Source of the DNA: Vescimonas sp.
GTDB taxonomy: Bacteria; Bacillota; Clostridia; Oscillospirales; Oscillospiraceae
Assembly (NCBI GenBank): GCA_045637545.1
Contig: JAZTZR010000037.1
Span: 435-64,434 of the forward strand
Direction of reading: 5' to 3'
DNA: 64,000 nucleotides
This document shows positions 41,215-50,468 of this stretch, in pieces. Made by a program: the position numbers and the translations under genes. The notes under the pieces are model-generated. The model was not told the DNA's origin. It saw only the letters and a list, made by a program, of their open reading frames with translations, and did no database searches. Position 1 is the first letter of the stretch. The number at the start of each line of letters is the position of its first letter.

Positions 41215-41811
41215 ATGGCTTTGCAGGAGAAGAAGGAACACGCAAAACGGGAGAAAAAAGGTGTGAGTACGCTGCTGAAACGGCAGTGGAAGCGCAACGC
41301 GGTGGTGCTCGCTGTGCTGGTTTTGGTGGGTACATCCGTCTATCTCAACTGGCGTTATGCCGACAATGTGGCTGAGACAGGGAAAATCTTGGGTCAGGCA
41401 ACGCTGGTCAACGGTGAAGATGAAGCTGTTGCACAGACGGAAACGGCAGCAGGTGAGGAGAATAGTTACTTTGATACGGCGCGTCTCAGCCGTCAGCAGG
41501 CCCGTGACAGTGCCATCAGTATGCTGCAGGAGGCGGAGATGGATGAGAACGCCACAGAGGACGTACTGAATGAGGCCAGTCTCGCCCTGCAGGTGCTGGC
41601 ATCCTACACGGTTGCAGAGGCGCAGATCGAGAGCCTTGTCACTGCGAAGGGCTACGACGATTGCGTGGTATTCATGGGTGAGGATTCCTGCAGTGTGGTG
41701 GTGGCAGACCCCGATGGCATCGACAGCACCGATGCTGCCCGCATTAAGGATATCGTCATCTCTGAAAGCGATTATACGGCATCTCAGATCAAGATCATGG
41801 AGGCAGAGTAA
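41215..41811 (+). CDS. spoIIIAH: Stage III sporulation protein AH
   Basis: VYLNW, YFDTARLSRQQAR, IESLVTAKGY. Confidence 0.9.
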   Translation: MALQEKKEHAKREKKGVSTLLKRQWKRNAVVLAVLVLVGTSVYLNWRYADNVAETGKILGQATLVNGEDEAVAQTETAAGEENSYFDTARLSRQQARDSAISMLQEAEMDENATEDVLNEASLALQVLASYTVAEAQIESLVTAKGYDDCVVFMGEDSCSVVVADPDGIDSTDAARIKDIVISESDYTASQIKIMEAE

Positions 41812-41820
41812 AAAATAGTG

Positions 41821-41849
41821 TTGTAATTTTCGCCGACAGATGGTATACT
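41821..41849 (+). promoter_or_regulatory. SigA promoter (extended -10) of the asp23-nusB operon
   Basis: TTGTAA-17 bp-TATACT preceded by TG. Confidence 0.65.
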
Positions 41850-41888
41850 CAAGTGTACGAATGAGAAAATGTAAGGAGTATAGTATCT

Positions 41889-42251
41889 ATGCCTGAAAAT
41901 AAAGATTATATGATCCACCACGAGGAGATGGGCTCCATCCAGATCTCTGAGGATGTGGTGGCCAGCATCGCCACCGGCGCTGCGCTGGAGGTTGAGCATG
42001 TGACCGGTCTGCAGGGCGCCAATGTTGCCGACTTTATGGGCGGCAAGAAGATGACGGCTCGCGGTGTTCGTGTGGAAACGGATGGCGCAGGCGGCATCGT
42101 GGTGAACCTCTTTATCACCGTGCGCTACGGCTGCACTATCGGTGATGTGGCCAAGAAGGTGCAGAAGGCTGTGCTGCAGGCACTGCAGAACAGCACCGGT
42201 TTCGCTGTCTCTGCTGTGAATGTACAGGTGGGCGGCATCAGCTTTAACTAA
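41889..42251 (+). CDS. Asp23/Gls24 family (YqhY-like) protein
   Basis: GSIQISEDVVASIA, RGVRVE, VRYG..I..VA..VQ; upstream of nusB. Confidence 0.88.
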   Translation: MPENKDYMIHHEEMGSIQISEDVVASIATGAALEVEHVTGLQGANVADFMGGKKMTARGVRVETDGAGGIVVNLFITVRYGCTIGDVAKKVQKAVLQALQNSTGFAVSAVNVQVGGISFN

Positions 42252-42274
42252 CGAAGAGAAGAGAGAGAGAACTT

Positions 42275-42724
42275 ATGACACGCAATACTGCCCGTGAGAT
42301 CGCCATGCATCTGGCCTTTGAGCTGAGCTTCACCGATCTCCCCATTACTGAATTTTTGGATCACTATCTCTCTGCTGAAAAGTTTGCAGAGCTGGCCACG
42401 GAGTGCGAGGTTTACGCCGAGGCACCCAACGCCAAGCAGAACAGCTATATCCGCCGCCTTGTCACCGGCGTTGCCGAGCACGCAGCGGAGCTGGACACCT
42501 ATATTGAGAAGTATGCCAAGGGTTGGCGCTTTGAGCGCATCTCTTTGGTGGCTGCCGCCATTATGCGTGTGGCGATGTTCGAGATCATGTACATGCCCGA
42601 CATCCCCCACGGTGCCGCCATCAACGAGGCAGTGGAGCTGACCAAACGCTACGATGAGCCCGAGACCGTGAAGTTTGTCAACGGTATTCTGGGCAGTTTC
42701 CTGCGTGAGGAAGTCAAGGCATAA
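42275..42724 (+). CDS. nusB: Transcription antitermination factor NusB
   Basis: RNTARE, WRFERI, INEAVELTKRY, FVNGILG. Confidence 0.95.
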   Translation: MTRNTAREIAMHLAFELSFTDLPITEFLDHYLSAEKFAELATECEVYAEAPNAKQNSYIRRLVTGVAEHAAELDTYIEKYAKGWRFERISLVAAAIMRVAMFEIMYMPDIPHGAAINEAVELTKRYDEPETVKFVNGILGSFLREEVKA

Positions 42725-42736
42725 CAACAGCGTTCA

Positions 42737-42764
42737 AAAGGCAGGGCTTCGGCTCTGCCTTTTC
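42737..42764 (+). terminator. Hairpin/terminator between nusB and xseA
   Basis: aaaggcagggc-ttcg-gctctgcctttt. Confidence 0.6.
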
Positions 42765-42783
42765 CCACAGGAGGTGAGTGGAC

Positions 42784-43989
42784 ATGTCTGAACAGCAGGT
42801 ATTGACTGTATCGGAACTGAATGGATTTATTAAGGATATTCTGGAGAATGTCCCGCCTTTGAGCAACATAATGGTGCGGGGTGAACTGTCAAATTATAAA
42901 ATCTATCCTTCGGGGCATCATTACTTTACCTTGAAAGACGGTGACAGTGCCCTCAAGTGTGTGATGTTCAAGGGCAGCGCCATGAAGCTGCGCTTTCGTC
43001 CCGAAAACGGTATGCAGGCGGTGGCAACGGGCCGCATTTCCGTCTATCCTCGGGATGGTGTCTATCAGCTCTATTGCTCAGCCCTCTCCGCCGACGGTGT
43101 GGGTGATCTGTATGTGGCCTTTGAGCAGCTGAAAGAGAAACTCTATCGCGAGGGTTTGTTCGATCCTGCCCACAAAAAGCCGCTGCCTCAGTATCCCCAG
43201 CGGATCGCCGTCATTACCTCTTCGGCGGGTGCGGCAGTACACGATATGATCCGGATCCTCCGCAGCCGCTATCCGCTGGCGAAGGTGCTGCTGCTGCCGG
43301 TGCGCGTACAGGGTGTGGAAGCCCCGCCTGAGATCGTGGGTGCCATCCGCTACGCCAACCGCCACAAACTGGCCGATGTGATCATCACCGGTCGCGGCGG
43401 CGGCTCCATCGAGGATCTGTGGGCCTTCAACGACGAGCGTGTGGCCCGCGCCATCTTTGCCTCGGAGATTCCTGTGATCTCCGCTGTGGGCCATGAACCC
43501 GATGTGACCATTGCCGACTTCGTGGCGGACAAGCGTGCCTCCACACCCTCCAATGCCGCAGAACTGGCGGTACCGGAGCGGCGCGATCTAATTAAGCACC
43601 TGCAAAGCGCAGAAGCCGCTATGACCAAGAGCGTGCTGGCCACCCTTGAAAAGGCATCTGCCAGGCTGGATAATGTGAAGCAGAAGCGTGTAATGCAGGA
43701 TCCTATGGCCACCATTGATGATAGAAGGCTGCATCTGGACAATGTGCAGCAGCGTATGGGTCTGACGGCGCAGCGTAAACTCAGCGCGCAGATGCAGCGT
43801 TTTGCCCGTGTGGCCGCCTCTCTGGACGCACTGAGCCCTTTGAAGGTACTGGGCCGCGGCTTTGCCATGGCACAGAGTTCGACGGGCACGGTGATCCGCA
43901 GTGCTGCACAGGTGCAGGTGGGAGAAAAGATTGAGGTACGATTAGGGGAGGGAACCCTTGGCTGTACCGTGGACGATAAAAAGGAGTAA
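42784..43989 (+). CDS. xseA: Exodeoxyribonuclease VII large subunit
   Basis: GELSNYK..SGHHYFTLKD, RGGGSIEDLWAFN, AVGHEPD, TPSNAAE. Confidence 0.96.
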   Translation: MSEQQVLTVSELNGFIKDILENVPPLSNIMVRGELSNYKIYPSGHHYFTLKDGDSALKCVMFKGSAMKLRFRPENGMQAVATGRISVYPRDGVYQLYCSALSADGVGDLYVAFEQLKEKLYREGLFDPAHKKPLPQYPQRIAVITSSAGAAVHDMIRILRSRYPLAKVLLLPVRVQGVEAPPEIVGAIRYANRHKLADVIITGRGGGSIEDLWAFNDERVARAIFASEIPVISAVGHEPDVTIADFVADKRASTPSNAAELAVPERRDLIKHLQSAEAAMTKSVLATLEKASARLDNVKQKRVMQDPMATIDDRRLHLDNVQQRMGLTAQRKLSAQMQRFARVAASLDALSPLKVLGRGFAMAQSSTGTVIRSAAQVQVGEKIEVRLGEGTLGCTVDDKKE

Positions 43990-43993
43990 GAGT

Positions 43994-44230
43994 ATGGCTG
44001 ATAAGAAAACCTTTGAAGAGAATATGCTCCGTCTTGAGGCAATCGTGGCCCAACTGGAGAAGGGAGAAGTGTCTCTTGACGATTCCTTAAAGTTATTTGA
44101 AGAGGGCACCCAGCTGATCGGAGAATGCCGCACGGCCTTGGATAAGGCTGAGCAGCAGGTGGTCAAGCTGATGAAGGGGCCCGACGGCGAGCCTATTGAG
44201 AGCAGCTTTGCAAGCGAGGAGACTGTATGA
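43994..44230 (+). CDS. xseB: Exodeoxyribonuclease VII small subunit
   Basis: FEENMLRLEAIVAQLEKGEVSLDDSLKLFEEG. Confidence 0.95.
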   Translation: MADKKTFEENMLRLEAIVAQLEKGEVSLDDSLKLFEEGTQLIGECRTALDKAEQQVVKLMKGPDGEPIESSFASEETV

Positions 44231-45096
44231 CCTATACCGAGCGTTACCGTGAATATCAGCAGGCCATTGAACAGTATCTGAATGGTCTGTTTATGAAGGA
44301 AGTGCCTTACGGAAAGCTTTACGAGGCCATCCGCTACAGTATCCTGGGAGGCGGCAAGCGTATCCGCCCTGTACTGACACTGGAGTTTGCCCGTCTTGGC
44401 GGTATTGACTGGCGTCTGGCGCTGCCCTTTGCCTGTGCTCTGGAATTGGTGCATAACTACAGCCTCATCCACGATGACCTGCCTTGCATGGATGATGACG
44501 ATCTTCGTCGCGGCAAGCCCACCACCCACAAGGTCTATGGTGAGACGCTGGCGGTGCTGGCAGGTGATGCATTGCAGCCGGAGGCTTTCCGCTTGATTCT
44601 CGATGCACCGGCCTTGTCCTCCGAGCGGAAGATGGACGGCTTGCGTGTGCTGCTGGATGCCTGCGGTGCAGATGGTATGGTGGCAGGTCAGGTGCTGGAC
44701 ACCCTCTGTCCTATTGAGACGGTAGAGCAGCTGCGCCACATGGAGAGCCTGAAAACCGGCTGTATGATCGCTGCCGCTGCCGAACTGGGCTGCGCCGCCT
44801 CCGGCATGAATGCCGGTATGCGAAAACTGGCAGTGCAGTATGCCAGTGATCTTGGTTTGGCATTCCAGATCCGCGACGATATGCTGGATGTAGAGGGTGA
44901 GGCCGAGGTGTTCGGAAAGCCCATCGGTTCAGATGTCCAAGAGGGTAAATTTACCTTTGTGGATGCCCTCGGTCTCGACGCCTGCCGCGCCGAGGTGGAG
45001 CGCTTGACAAAGGAAGCCAAGTCCGTGGTCTCGGTATGGCCTGACTGCTCTTTCTTGCTGGAACTGGCCGATCAGTTGGCCGGAAGAGTGCAATAA
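44227..45096 (+). CDS. ispA: Geranyltranstransferase / FPP synthase
   Basis: GGKRIRP, SLIHDDLPCMDDDDLRRG, FQIRDD. Confidence 0.95.
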   Translation: MTYTERYREYQQAIEQYLNGLFMKEVPYGKLYEAIRYSILGGGKRIRPVLTLEFARLGGIDWRLALPFACALELVHNYSLIHDDLPCMDDDDLRRGKPTTHKVYGETLAVLAGDALQPEAFRLILDAPALSSERKMDGLRVLLDACGADGMVAGQVLDTLCPIETVEQLRHMESLKTGCMIAAAAELGCAASGMNAGMRKLAVQYASDLGLAFQIRDDMLDVEGEAEVFGKPIGSDVQEGKFTFVDALGLDACRAEVERLTKEAKSVVSVWPDCSFLLELADQLAGRVQ

Positions 45097-45100
45097 TTCA

Positions 45101-45130
45101 AAAGATGTGCCCGCGGGCACATCTTTTTTT
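45101..45130 (+). terminator. ispA terminator
   Basis: aaagatgtgccc-gc-gggcacatcttttttt. Confidence 0.8.
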
Positions 45131-45168
45131 GTTTACAGATTATATACAGAATATCCTGCATAAACCTG

Positions 45169-45197
45169 TTGTAAATTTCTTTCAAGTGTGATAATAT
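45169..45197 (+). promoter_or_regulatory. SigA promoter of the ole-oapA-dxs operon
   Basis: TTGTAA(45169-45174)-17 bp-TAATAT(45192-45197) with a TG extension; places the TSS near 45204, the first base of the RNA's closing helix. Confidence 0.65.
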
Positions 45198-45203
45198 ATG
45201 TAA

Positions 45204-45865
45204 TTACTGAACAGCGGCGCAGTATCCTAGTCAGATCTGCCGTCTCCTAAGAAGGGCCTAAAAATCCTTTAAAGGGCACAACTGTGAAACCTCTGGTGCT
45301 TGCTTCTTACGCCCAGTTTGGGGTGGGTGCTGGAGGGAGGTACGCATTATGCGTACCTGCGGCTGTAGGGCGCTCCCCAATGGCATGGGGAATCCGACCC
45401 TGCTTCCGTGGAGACCTGTTATTGTGCACAGGCGTACTCCCAATGTGGTCTAAGCGACCTGTGTACGAAACAGATGAATAAACCTGCAATGCGGTGCTAC
45501 CTGCCCCTTATGGGGCACGAACGCTGTGTGCAGAGTAGCCTGCCTTGCGTGGGTATGGTGGATAGGGGAGCTGATGCAATAAGTCCCCGGCCAGGGATGA
45601 TGTGCTATTCCCTTGAAACCATGTCTGCAAAAGAGGATAAGAGGCGGCGTGACTGCAGTGGAAATCACCTAGGCTGTCCATTTCGGATGGGGCCTTGGGG
45701 GGATTGCAGTGCGGACTAAGTGGCAGTCGGGTCCTGCGTGTGGTAACACCGCAGCATGACACCTAAGGGGAAACCACCTTTATCGGCGACGAGAGGTGTG
45801 TCGTGGGGAAAGCCAACCCGTACCTAAGCCGCAAGATTTACTCCCAATGTTGCCCTGTTCAGTAA
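45204..45865 (+). ncRNA. ole: OLE RNA (ornate, large, extremophilic), ~660 nt
   Basis: Terminal helix TTACTGAACAG(45204-45214)/CTGTTCAGTAA(45855-45865); conserved OLE segments recalled from known OLE RNAs: GCAGTATCCTAGTCAG, CTAAAAATCC..AAAGGGCACA, AAACCTGCAATG, GTAGCCTGCCTTG, GGATTGCAGTGCGGACTAAGTGGCA, GTGGGGAAAGCC, GCCGCAAGATTTACT; canonical ispA-ole-oapA-dxs context. Confidence 0.93.
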
Positions 45866-45902
45866 CTTTTTATAGTACAGGATGAAGTGAGGGAATTCTG
45901 TT

Positions 45903-46451
45903 TTGAGTAGCGACAAAGGCAAACCAAAGAAGAAAAAGGATTCATGGCCCATCAAGGTGTTCTTTCTGGCCATCGGTCTCAGTGCCGTTTTGAGCTTTTT
46001 TGCCTCCACGGCACTGGAGGGAACCGGTTATGTGGTAGCCATTACGGTTTTGCTTGTATTTATTGCGTTAGGCATCATCTTTGATATGATCGGTGTGGCG
46101 GTGACTGCCGCCGACCCCAGACCGTTCCATTCCATGGCGGCGCATAAGGAAAAGGGCGGCCGCGAGGCCATCCGTTTGCTCCAGAACGCAGAGAAGGTCA
46201 GTTCTATCTGCAACGATGTGGTGGGCGATATCTGCGGTATCGTCAGCGGTACCACGGCTGCAGTGATCGTAGCGGCGCTGCTGCGTGATTTTTCCACCAC
46301 TAATGTGCTGATCTCCATCGGTGTGACTGCGCTGATCTCCGGCTTTACCATCGGTGGTAAGGCACTGGGCAAGAAAGTGGCTATTAAGGACTGCACGGCT
46401 GTTGTGTACCGCGTGGCCCGTATCATGGCAGCACTCCATCTGTTCCGCTGA
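45903..46451 (+). CDS. oapA: OLE-associated membrane protein OapA (DUF21/CNNM-like)
   Basis: TTG start; about four TM helices; FDMIGVAVTAA..PFHSMA, ICNDVVGDICGIVSG, TIGGKALGK; immediately downstream of the OLE RNA. Confidence 0.9.
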   Translation: MSSDKGKPKKKKDSWPIKVFFLAIGLSAVLSFFASTALEGTGYVVAITVLLVFIALGIIFDMIGVAVTAADPRPFHSMAAHKEKGGREAIRLLQNAEKVSSICNDVVGDICGIVSGTTAAVIVAALLRDFSTTNVLISIGVTALISGFTIGGKALGKKVAIKDCTAVVYRVARIMAALHLFR

Positions 46452-46467
46452 AAAGAGGCGTTGATCC

Positions 46468-48318
46468 GTGTATTTAGAGAGAATTCACAGCCCTGAAGAT
46501 GTAAAAAAGTTAACAACTTTGGAAGCCCGCCGTCTCTGCGAAGAACTGCGCGCCGATTTGGTGCGCTCTGTTGCGCAAACCGGCGGGCATTTGGCATCCA
46601 ATCTGGGTGTTGTGGAGCTGAGCGTGGCCATCCATCGCGTGTTTGACACCGCGTATGACCGCCTTATCTTCGATGTGGGTCATCAGTGCTATGTCCACAA
46701 GATGCTGACCGGGCGCCGCGAGGAGATGGGGACACTGCGGAAGTTCCGTGGTATTTCCGGATTCCCCAAGCCCTATGAGAGTGTCCACGATGCCTTCGTG
46801 GCCGGTCATGCCTCCGCCGCCGTTTCGGTGGCACTGGGTATGGCCCGTGCACGCACGCTACGCAAGGAGAACTATCATGTGCTGGCATTGGTGGGCGATG
46901 CCTCTCTTGCCGGAGGTCTGGCATTTGAGGGCATGAACGATGCCGGTGGCTCCGGTGAGCCGATGATCGTAATTTTGAACGATAACGGTATGTCCATCAG
47001 TGAGAATGTGGGCGCGATGAGCGGCCATCTCTCCCGTCTGCGTACCCGCCCGGGCTATTATGAGTTTAAAAAGCGCTATCGTCAGGCGATGGAAACCAAT
47101 ATTGTAGGTGAAAAGCTGTATGCGTTGAGCCACGATTTGAAAACAGCATTGAAAAAGTCGTTGCTGCCTAACAGCTCTATGTTTGAAGATATGGGTTTTA
47201 TGTACATGGGCCCTGTTAACGGACACGATGTGGATGCGTTGACAGATGCGCTGCGCTGGGCCAAGGAGCAGAAGAGCCCTGTACTGCTCCATGTGCATAC
47301 AAAGAAAGGAAAGGGATATCTTCCCGCTGAGGCAAATCCCGAAAAATTCCATGGTATCGGTGCATTTGATGTCTTTACGGGAAAAACCAAGGCTGCATCC
47401 AAGGAGAGTTTCTCTGATGTGTTCGGTCAGACTATGTTGGAGCTGGCAGAGGGGGACGAGAGAGTCTGCGCCGTAACGGCGGCTATGATCGATGGAACCG
47501 GCCTTACCAAATTTGCCGAAGCCTTTCCCAAGCGTCTGTTCGATGTGGGTATTGCCGAGGGGCATGCCGTTTCCATGACGGGCGGTATGGCCAAGCAGGG
47601 GTTGCTGCCGGTATTGGCGGTGTATTCCAGTTTTCTCCAGCGCGGTTATGATATGCTGCAGCAGGATGTATCTCTGGATAGGCTTCATGTTGTGCTGGGC
47701 GTTGACCGCGCAGGTCTTGTAGGTGCCGACGGAGAGACCCATCACGGCTGCTTTGATGTGATGTATTTGAGCCAGACACCGCACATGACGGTGTTGTGTC
47801 CTGCCAGCTTTGCAGAGCTTCGTGCTATGCTGCGCCGGGCAGTATTCCATACAGAAGGCCCTGTTGCGGTGCGCTATCCCCGCGGCGGCGAAGGTGCTTA
47901 TACCGCCTGCTGCGGTGAAGAGGACTTTACAACGCTTCGTGAGGGCGCAGATGCAAGTATTGTCACCTATGGTGTGTTGGTCAATCAGGCGCTGGAGGCA
48001 GCTCAGATCCTTACAGAGCGCGGCATTTCTGCCCGTGTGGTAAAGATCAACCGCATTGCTCCCTTGGAGAGCCATTCGGTATGCAAGGCTTTGGGCGGGG
48101 AGGCACCTATGTTGGTGTTGGAGGACTGTCTCGGTGTTGGATGTGTTGGTCAGCGCATTTCTGCCATTCTTGCACAGGGTGGCTGCTGTCCCCGCAAAAT
48201 GATTTTGAAGAATCTTGGTGTCCATGTTGCGCCTCACGGCAGCGTTGAGCAGCTCTATGAGGAACTGGAACTGGATGCCTTGAGTGTCGCTTATGCGTTG
48301 GAGGAGGCACTGAAATGA
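46468..48318 (+). CDS. dxs: 1-deoxy-D-xylulose-5-phosphate synthase
   Basis: GGHLASNLG, DVGHQCY, GDAS..ILNDN, DVGIAEGHA, DRAGLVGADGETH. Confidence 0.96.
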   Translation: MYLERIHSPEDVKKLTTLEARRLCEELRADLVRSVAQTGGHLASNLGVVELSVAIHRVFDTAYDRLIFDVGHQCYVHKMLTGRREEMGTLRKFRGISGFPKPYESVHDAFVAGHASAAVSVALGMARARTLRKENYHVLALVGDASLAGGLAFEGMNDAGGSGEPMIVILNDNGMSISENVGAMSGHLSRLRTRPGYYEFKKRYRQAMETNIVGEKLYALSHDLKTALKKSLLPNSSMFEDMGFMYMGPVNGHDVDALTDALRWAKEQKSPVLLHVHTKKGKGYLPAEANPEKFHGIGAFDVFTGKTKAASKESFSDVFGQTMLELAEGDERVCAVTAAMIDGTGLTKFAEAFPKRLFDVGIAEGHAVSMTGGMAKQGLLPVLAVYSSFLQRGYDMLQQDVSLDRLHVVLGVDRAGLVGADGETHHGCFDVMYLSQTPHMTVLCPASFAELRAMLRRAVFHTEGPVAVRYPRGGEGAYTACCGEEDFTTLREGADASIVTYGVLVNQALEAAQILTERGISARVVKINRIAPLESHSVCKALGGEAPMLVLEDCLGVGCVGQRISAILAQGGCCPRKMILKNLGVHVAPHGSVEQLYEELELDALSVAYALEEALK

Positions 48319-49130
48319 GTAAGAAAATTCGTTTGGATGTGCTTCTTGTGGAGCGCGGATTTCAAGAGAGCCGTCAGAAGGCACAGGCGGTCATTATGGC
48401 CGGCAGCGTGTTTGTGGCAGGTCAGCGGGTGGACAAACCCGGTACTGCTGTGGCGGAGGATGCCGAGATTGAAGTGCGCGGTGGAGGCCTGCGCTATGTA
48501 AGCCGCGGCGGCTTAAAGCTGGAGAAGGCTATGCAGACCTGGCCCATTACCCTTGTGGGTAAGACATGTGCCGACATTGGTGCCTCCACCGGCGGATTTA
48601 CTGATTGCATGCTGCAAAATGGTGCCGAGAAGGTCTATGCTGTGGATGTGGGTTACGGTCAGCTGGACTGGAAGCTGCGTAACGATCCTCGTGTGGTGTG
48701 TCTTGAGCGTACCAACGCACGGTATCTGAGTCATGAAGAAGTGTCCGATGAGTTGGATTTTGCCTCCATTGATGTCTCCTTCATTTCACTGAAGCTGATT
48801 TTCCCGGCACTGTATCAGCTGCTGCGCGAAGGCGGTGAGATCGCCTGTCTTATCAAACCGCAGTTTGAAGCAGGCCGCGAGAAGGTGGGGAAGAAGGGCG
48901 TTGTCCGCGACCCTGCCGTTCATCTGGAAGTGTTGGAAAACTTCTTGGGACATGCAAAGGAAAATAACTTTACAGTACTGGGTATTACATATTCTCCTAT
49001 CCGTGGACCTGAAGGAAATATTGAGTACTTAGGCTATCTTCGCAAATCAGAAGAGGTTGATGTGGCAGTTGATTTGGCCGCTGTCGTCAGCGCCTCCCAC
49101 GATACACTGAAAGAGGGTGCAAGCGTATGA
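48315..49130 (+). CDS. tlyA: TlyA-family rRNA methyltransferase (S4 + FtsJ)
   Basis: RLDVLL, YVSRGGLKL, DIGASTGGFTD, DVSFISL, KPQFEAG. Confidence 0.93.
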   Translation: MSKKIRLDVLLVERGFQESRQKAQAVIMAGSVFVAGQRVDKPGTAVAEDAEIEVRGGGLRYVSRGGLKLEKAMQTWPITLVGKTCADIGASTGGFTDCMLQNGAEKVYAVDVGYGQLDWKLRNDPRVVCLERTNARYLSHEEVSDELDFASIDVSFISLKLIFPALYQLLREGGEIACLIKPQFEAGREKVGKKGVVRDPAVHLEVLENFLGHAKENNFTVLGITYSPIRGPEGNIEYLGYLRKSEEVDVAVDLAAVVSASHDTLKEGASV

Positions 49131-49999
49131 AAAAGGTGATCCTCTGTCCGAATCCCTACCGCGACAGCGGTTTGAAGGTGGCAAAAGCTTCCCGCGAAAT
49201 TCTCGAGTCTATTGGATTTGAAACAGTGGTGTGTTTGCCCTTCCATCACGAGACTTCCGGCGAAGAACTGGATGTTCCTGTGTTGCCCTTGCAGCAGGAG
49301 ATCCGAAACGCGGATCTTTTGATTGCCTTTGGCGGTGACGGTACGATTTTGCATCTGTCCCGCACAGCGGCGTTGCACCATGTTCCGGTGTTGGGTATCA
49401 ATCTGGGTAGTCTCGGATTCATGTCGGAACTGGAGGCCAACGAACTGGAGCGTCTGCGTGATCTGAAGGATTGGAATTTTACGGTGGAATCCCGCATGAT
49501 GCTGGATGTGACCATCTTCCGTGATGACAAGGCGGTATTCAGCAATATTGCACTCAATGATGCCGTTGTTTCCAAGGGCGCGGTGGCCCGTGTGGTGCGA
49601 CTTGATATCTCCACAGAAGAGGGTCGTTTGACTAAGGTGACAGGCGACGGTGTTGTGATTGCCACCCCCACAGGTTCTACCGGCTATTCCATGGCTGCCG
49701 GCGGTCCCATTGTGGAGCCTACCGCCCGCAATTTGCTGATTACACCCATCTGCGCCCACTCGACCCGTAACAGCTGTTATGTGCTCTCTCCCGAGCATGT
49801 GATTACGGTAGAGACTTCGGACGCCAACCGCAAATTCGTCTATCTCTCCGCCGATGGCGGCAAAGCATTCTCCTTGAAAAATGGCGACCGCATCCGCGTG
49901 CGCCAGTCGAAATTTGACATGGGTCTCGTGCGCTTGAGTAAGAAGAGCTTCTGTGAGATCCTGGACTACAAAATGGGGGCTGTGGAAGATGAAAAATGA
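49127..49999 (+). CDS. nadK: NAD(+) kinase
   Basis: GGDGTIL, GINLGSLGF, ALND, TPTGSTGYSMAAGGP. Confidence 0.95.
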   Translation: MKKVILCPNPYRDSGLKVAKASREILESIGFETVVCLPFHHETSGEELDVPVLPLQQEIRNADLLIAFGGDGTILHLSRTAALHHVPVLGINLGSLGFMSELEANELERLRDLKDWNFTVESRMMLDVTIFRDDKAVFSNIALNDAVVSKGAVARVVRLDISTEEGRLTKVTGDGVVIATPTGSTGYSMAAGGPIVEPTARNLLITPICAHSTRNSCYVLSPEHVITVETSDANRKFVYLSADGGKAFSLKNGDRIRVRQSKFDMGLVRLSKKSFCEILDYKMGAVEDEK

Positions 50000-50441
50000 T
50001 CGTCAGGAAAAGCTGTTGCAGATCATCAGCGAAGAGAATATTGAAACCCAGGAGCAGTTGCTGCAGCGCCTTGAGGCCCGTGGTATCCGTTCTACGCAGG
50101 CTACCATTTCCCGTGATATCAAGCAGCTCCATTTGATCAAGGAACCCACGGGATTTGGCACCTATCGTTACGCCGTGTCTACCCACCGTACACGCCTGAA
50201 TTTTGCCGAGAAGCTGCGCAACATCTTCCGTGAATGCGTGCTGAGCGTGGATTACGCCCAGAATTTGGTGGTTGTGAAGACGATGGCCGGTCTGGCAGGT
50301 GCGGCTGCCTCTGCATTGGACGGCATGGAAAATGACGAAATCGTCGGCTCTATTGCAGGCGACGATACGGTGCTGGTGGTATTGCGCGATACCGAGAGTG
50401 CCGCAGACTTCTGTGTGCAGATGCGGGAGCAGCTGCTGTAA
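49989..50441 (+). CDS. argR: Arginine repressor
   Basis: TQEQL, TQATISRDI, GSIAGDDT. Confidence 0.95.
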   Translation: MKNDRQEKLLQIISEENIETQEQLLQRLEARGIRSTQATISRDIKQLHLIKEPTGFGTYRYAVSTHRTRLNFAEKLRNIFRECVLSVDYAQNLVVVKTMAGLAGAAASALDGMENDEIVGSIAGDDTVLVVLRDTESAADFCVQMREQLL

Positions 50442-50468
50442 ATCTAACGAAGAGGGGAGGGGCTTCCC

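Noticed and set aside
45134-45166. Possible ARG boxes upstream of the ole-argR operon (TTATATACA, TGCATAAA)
   Set aside because: Only half-sites match TGAAT-N4-ATTCA; too weak to call in an AT-rich promoter region.
45258-45762. Six short ORFs in the ispA-oapA interval
   Set aside because: No RBS or protein-like composition; the region is explained by the OLE RNA.
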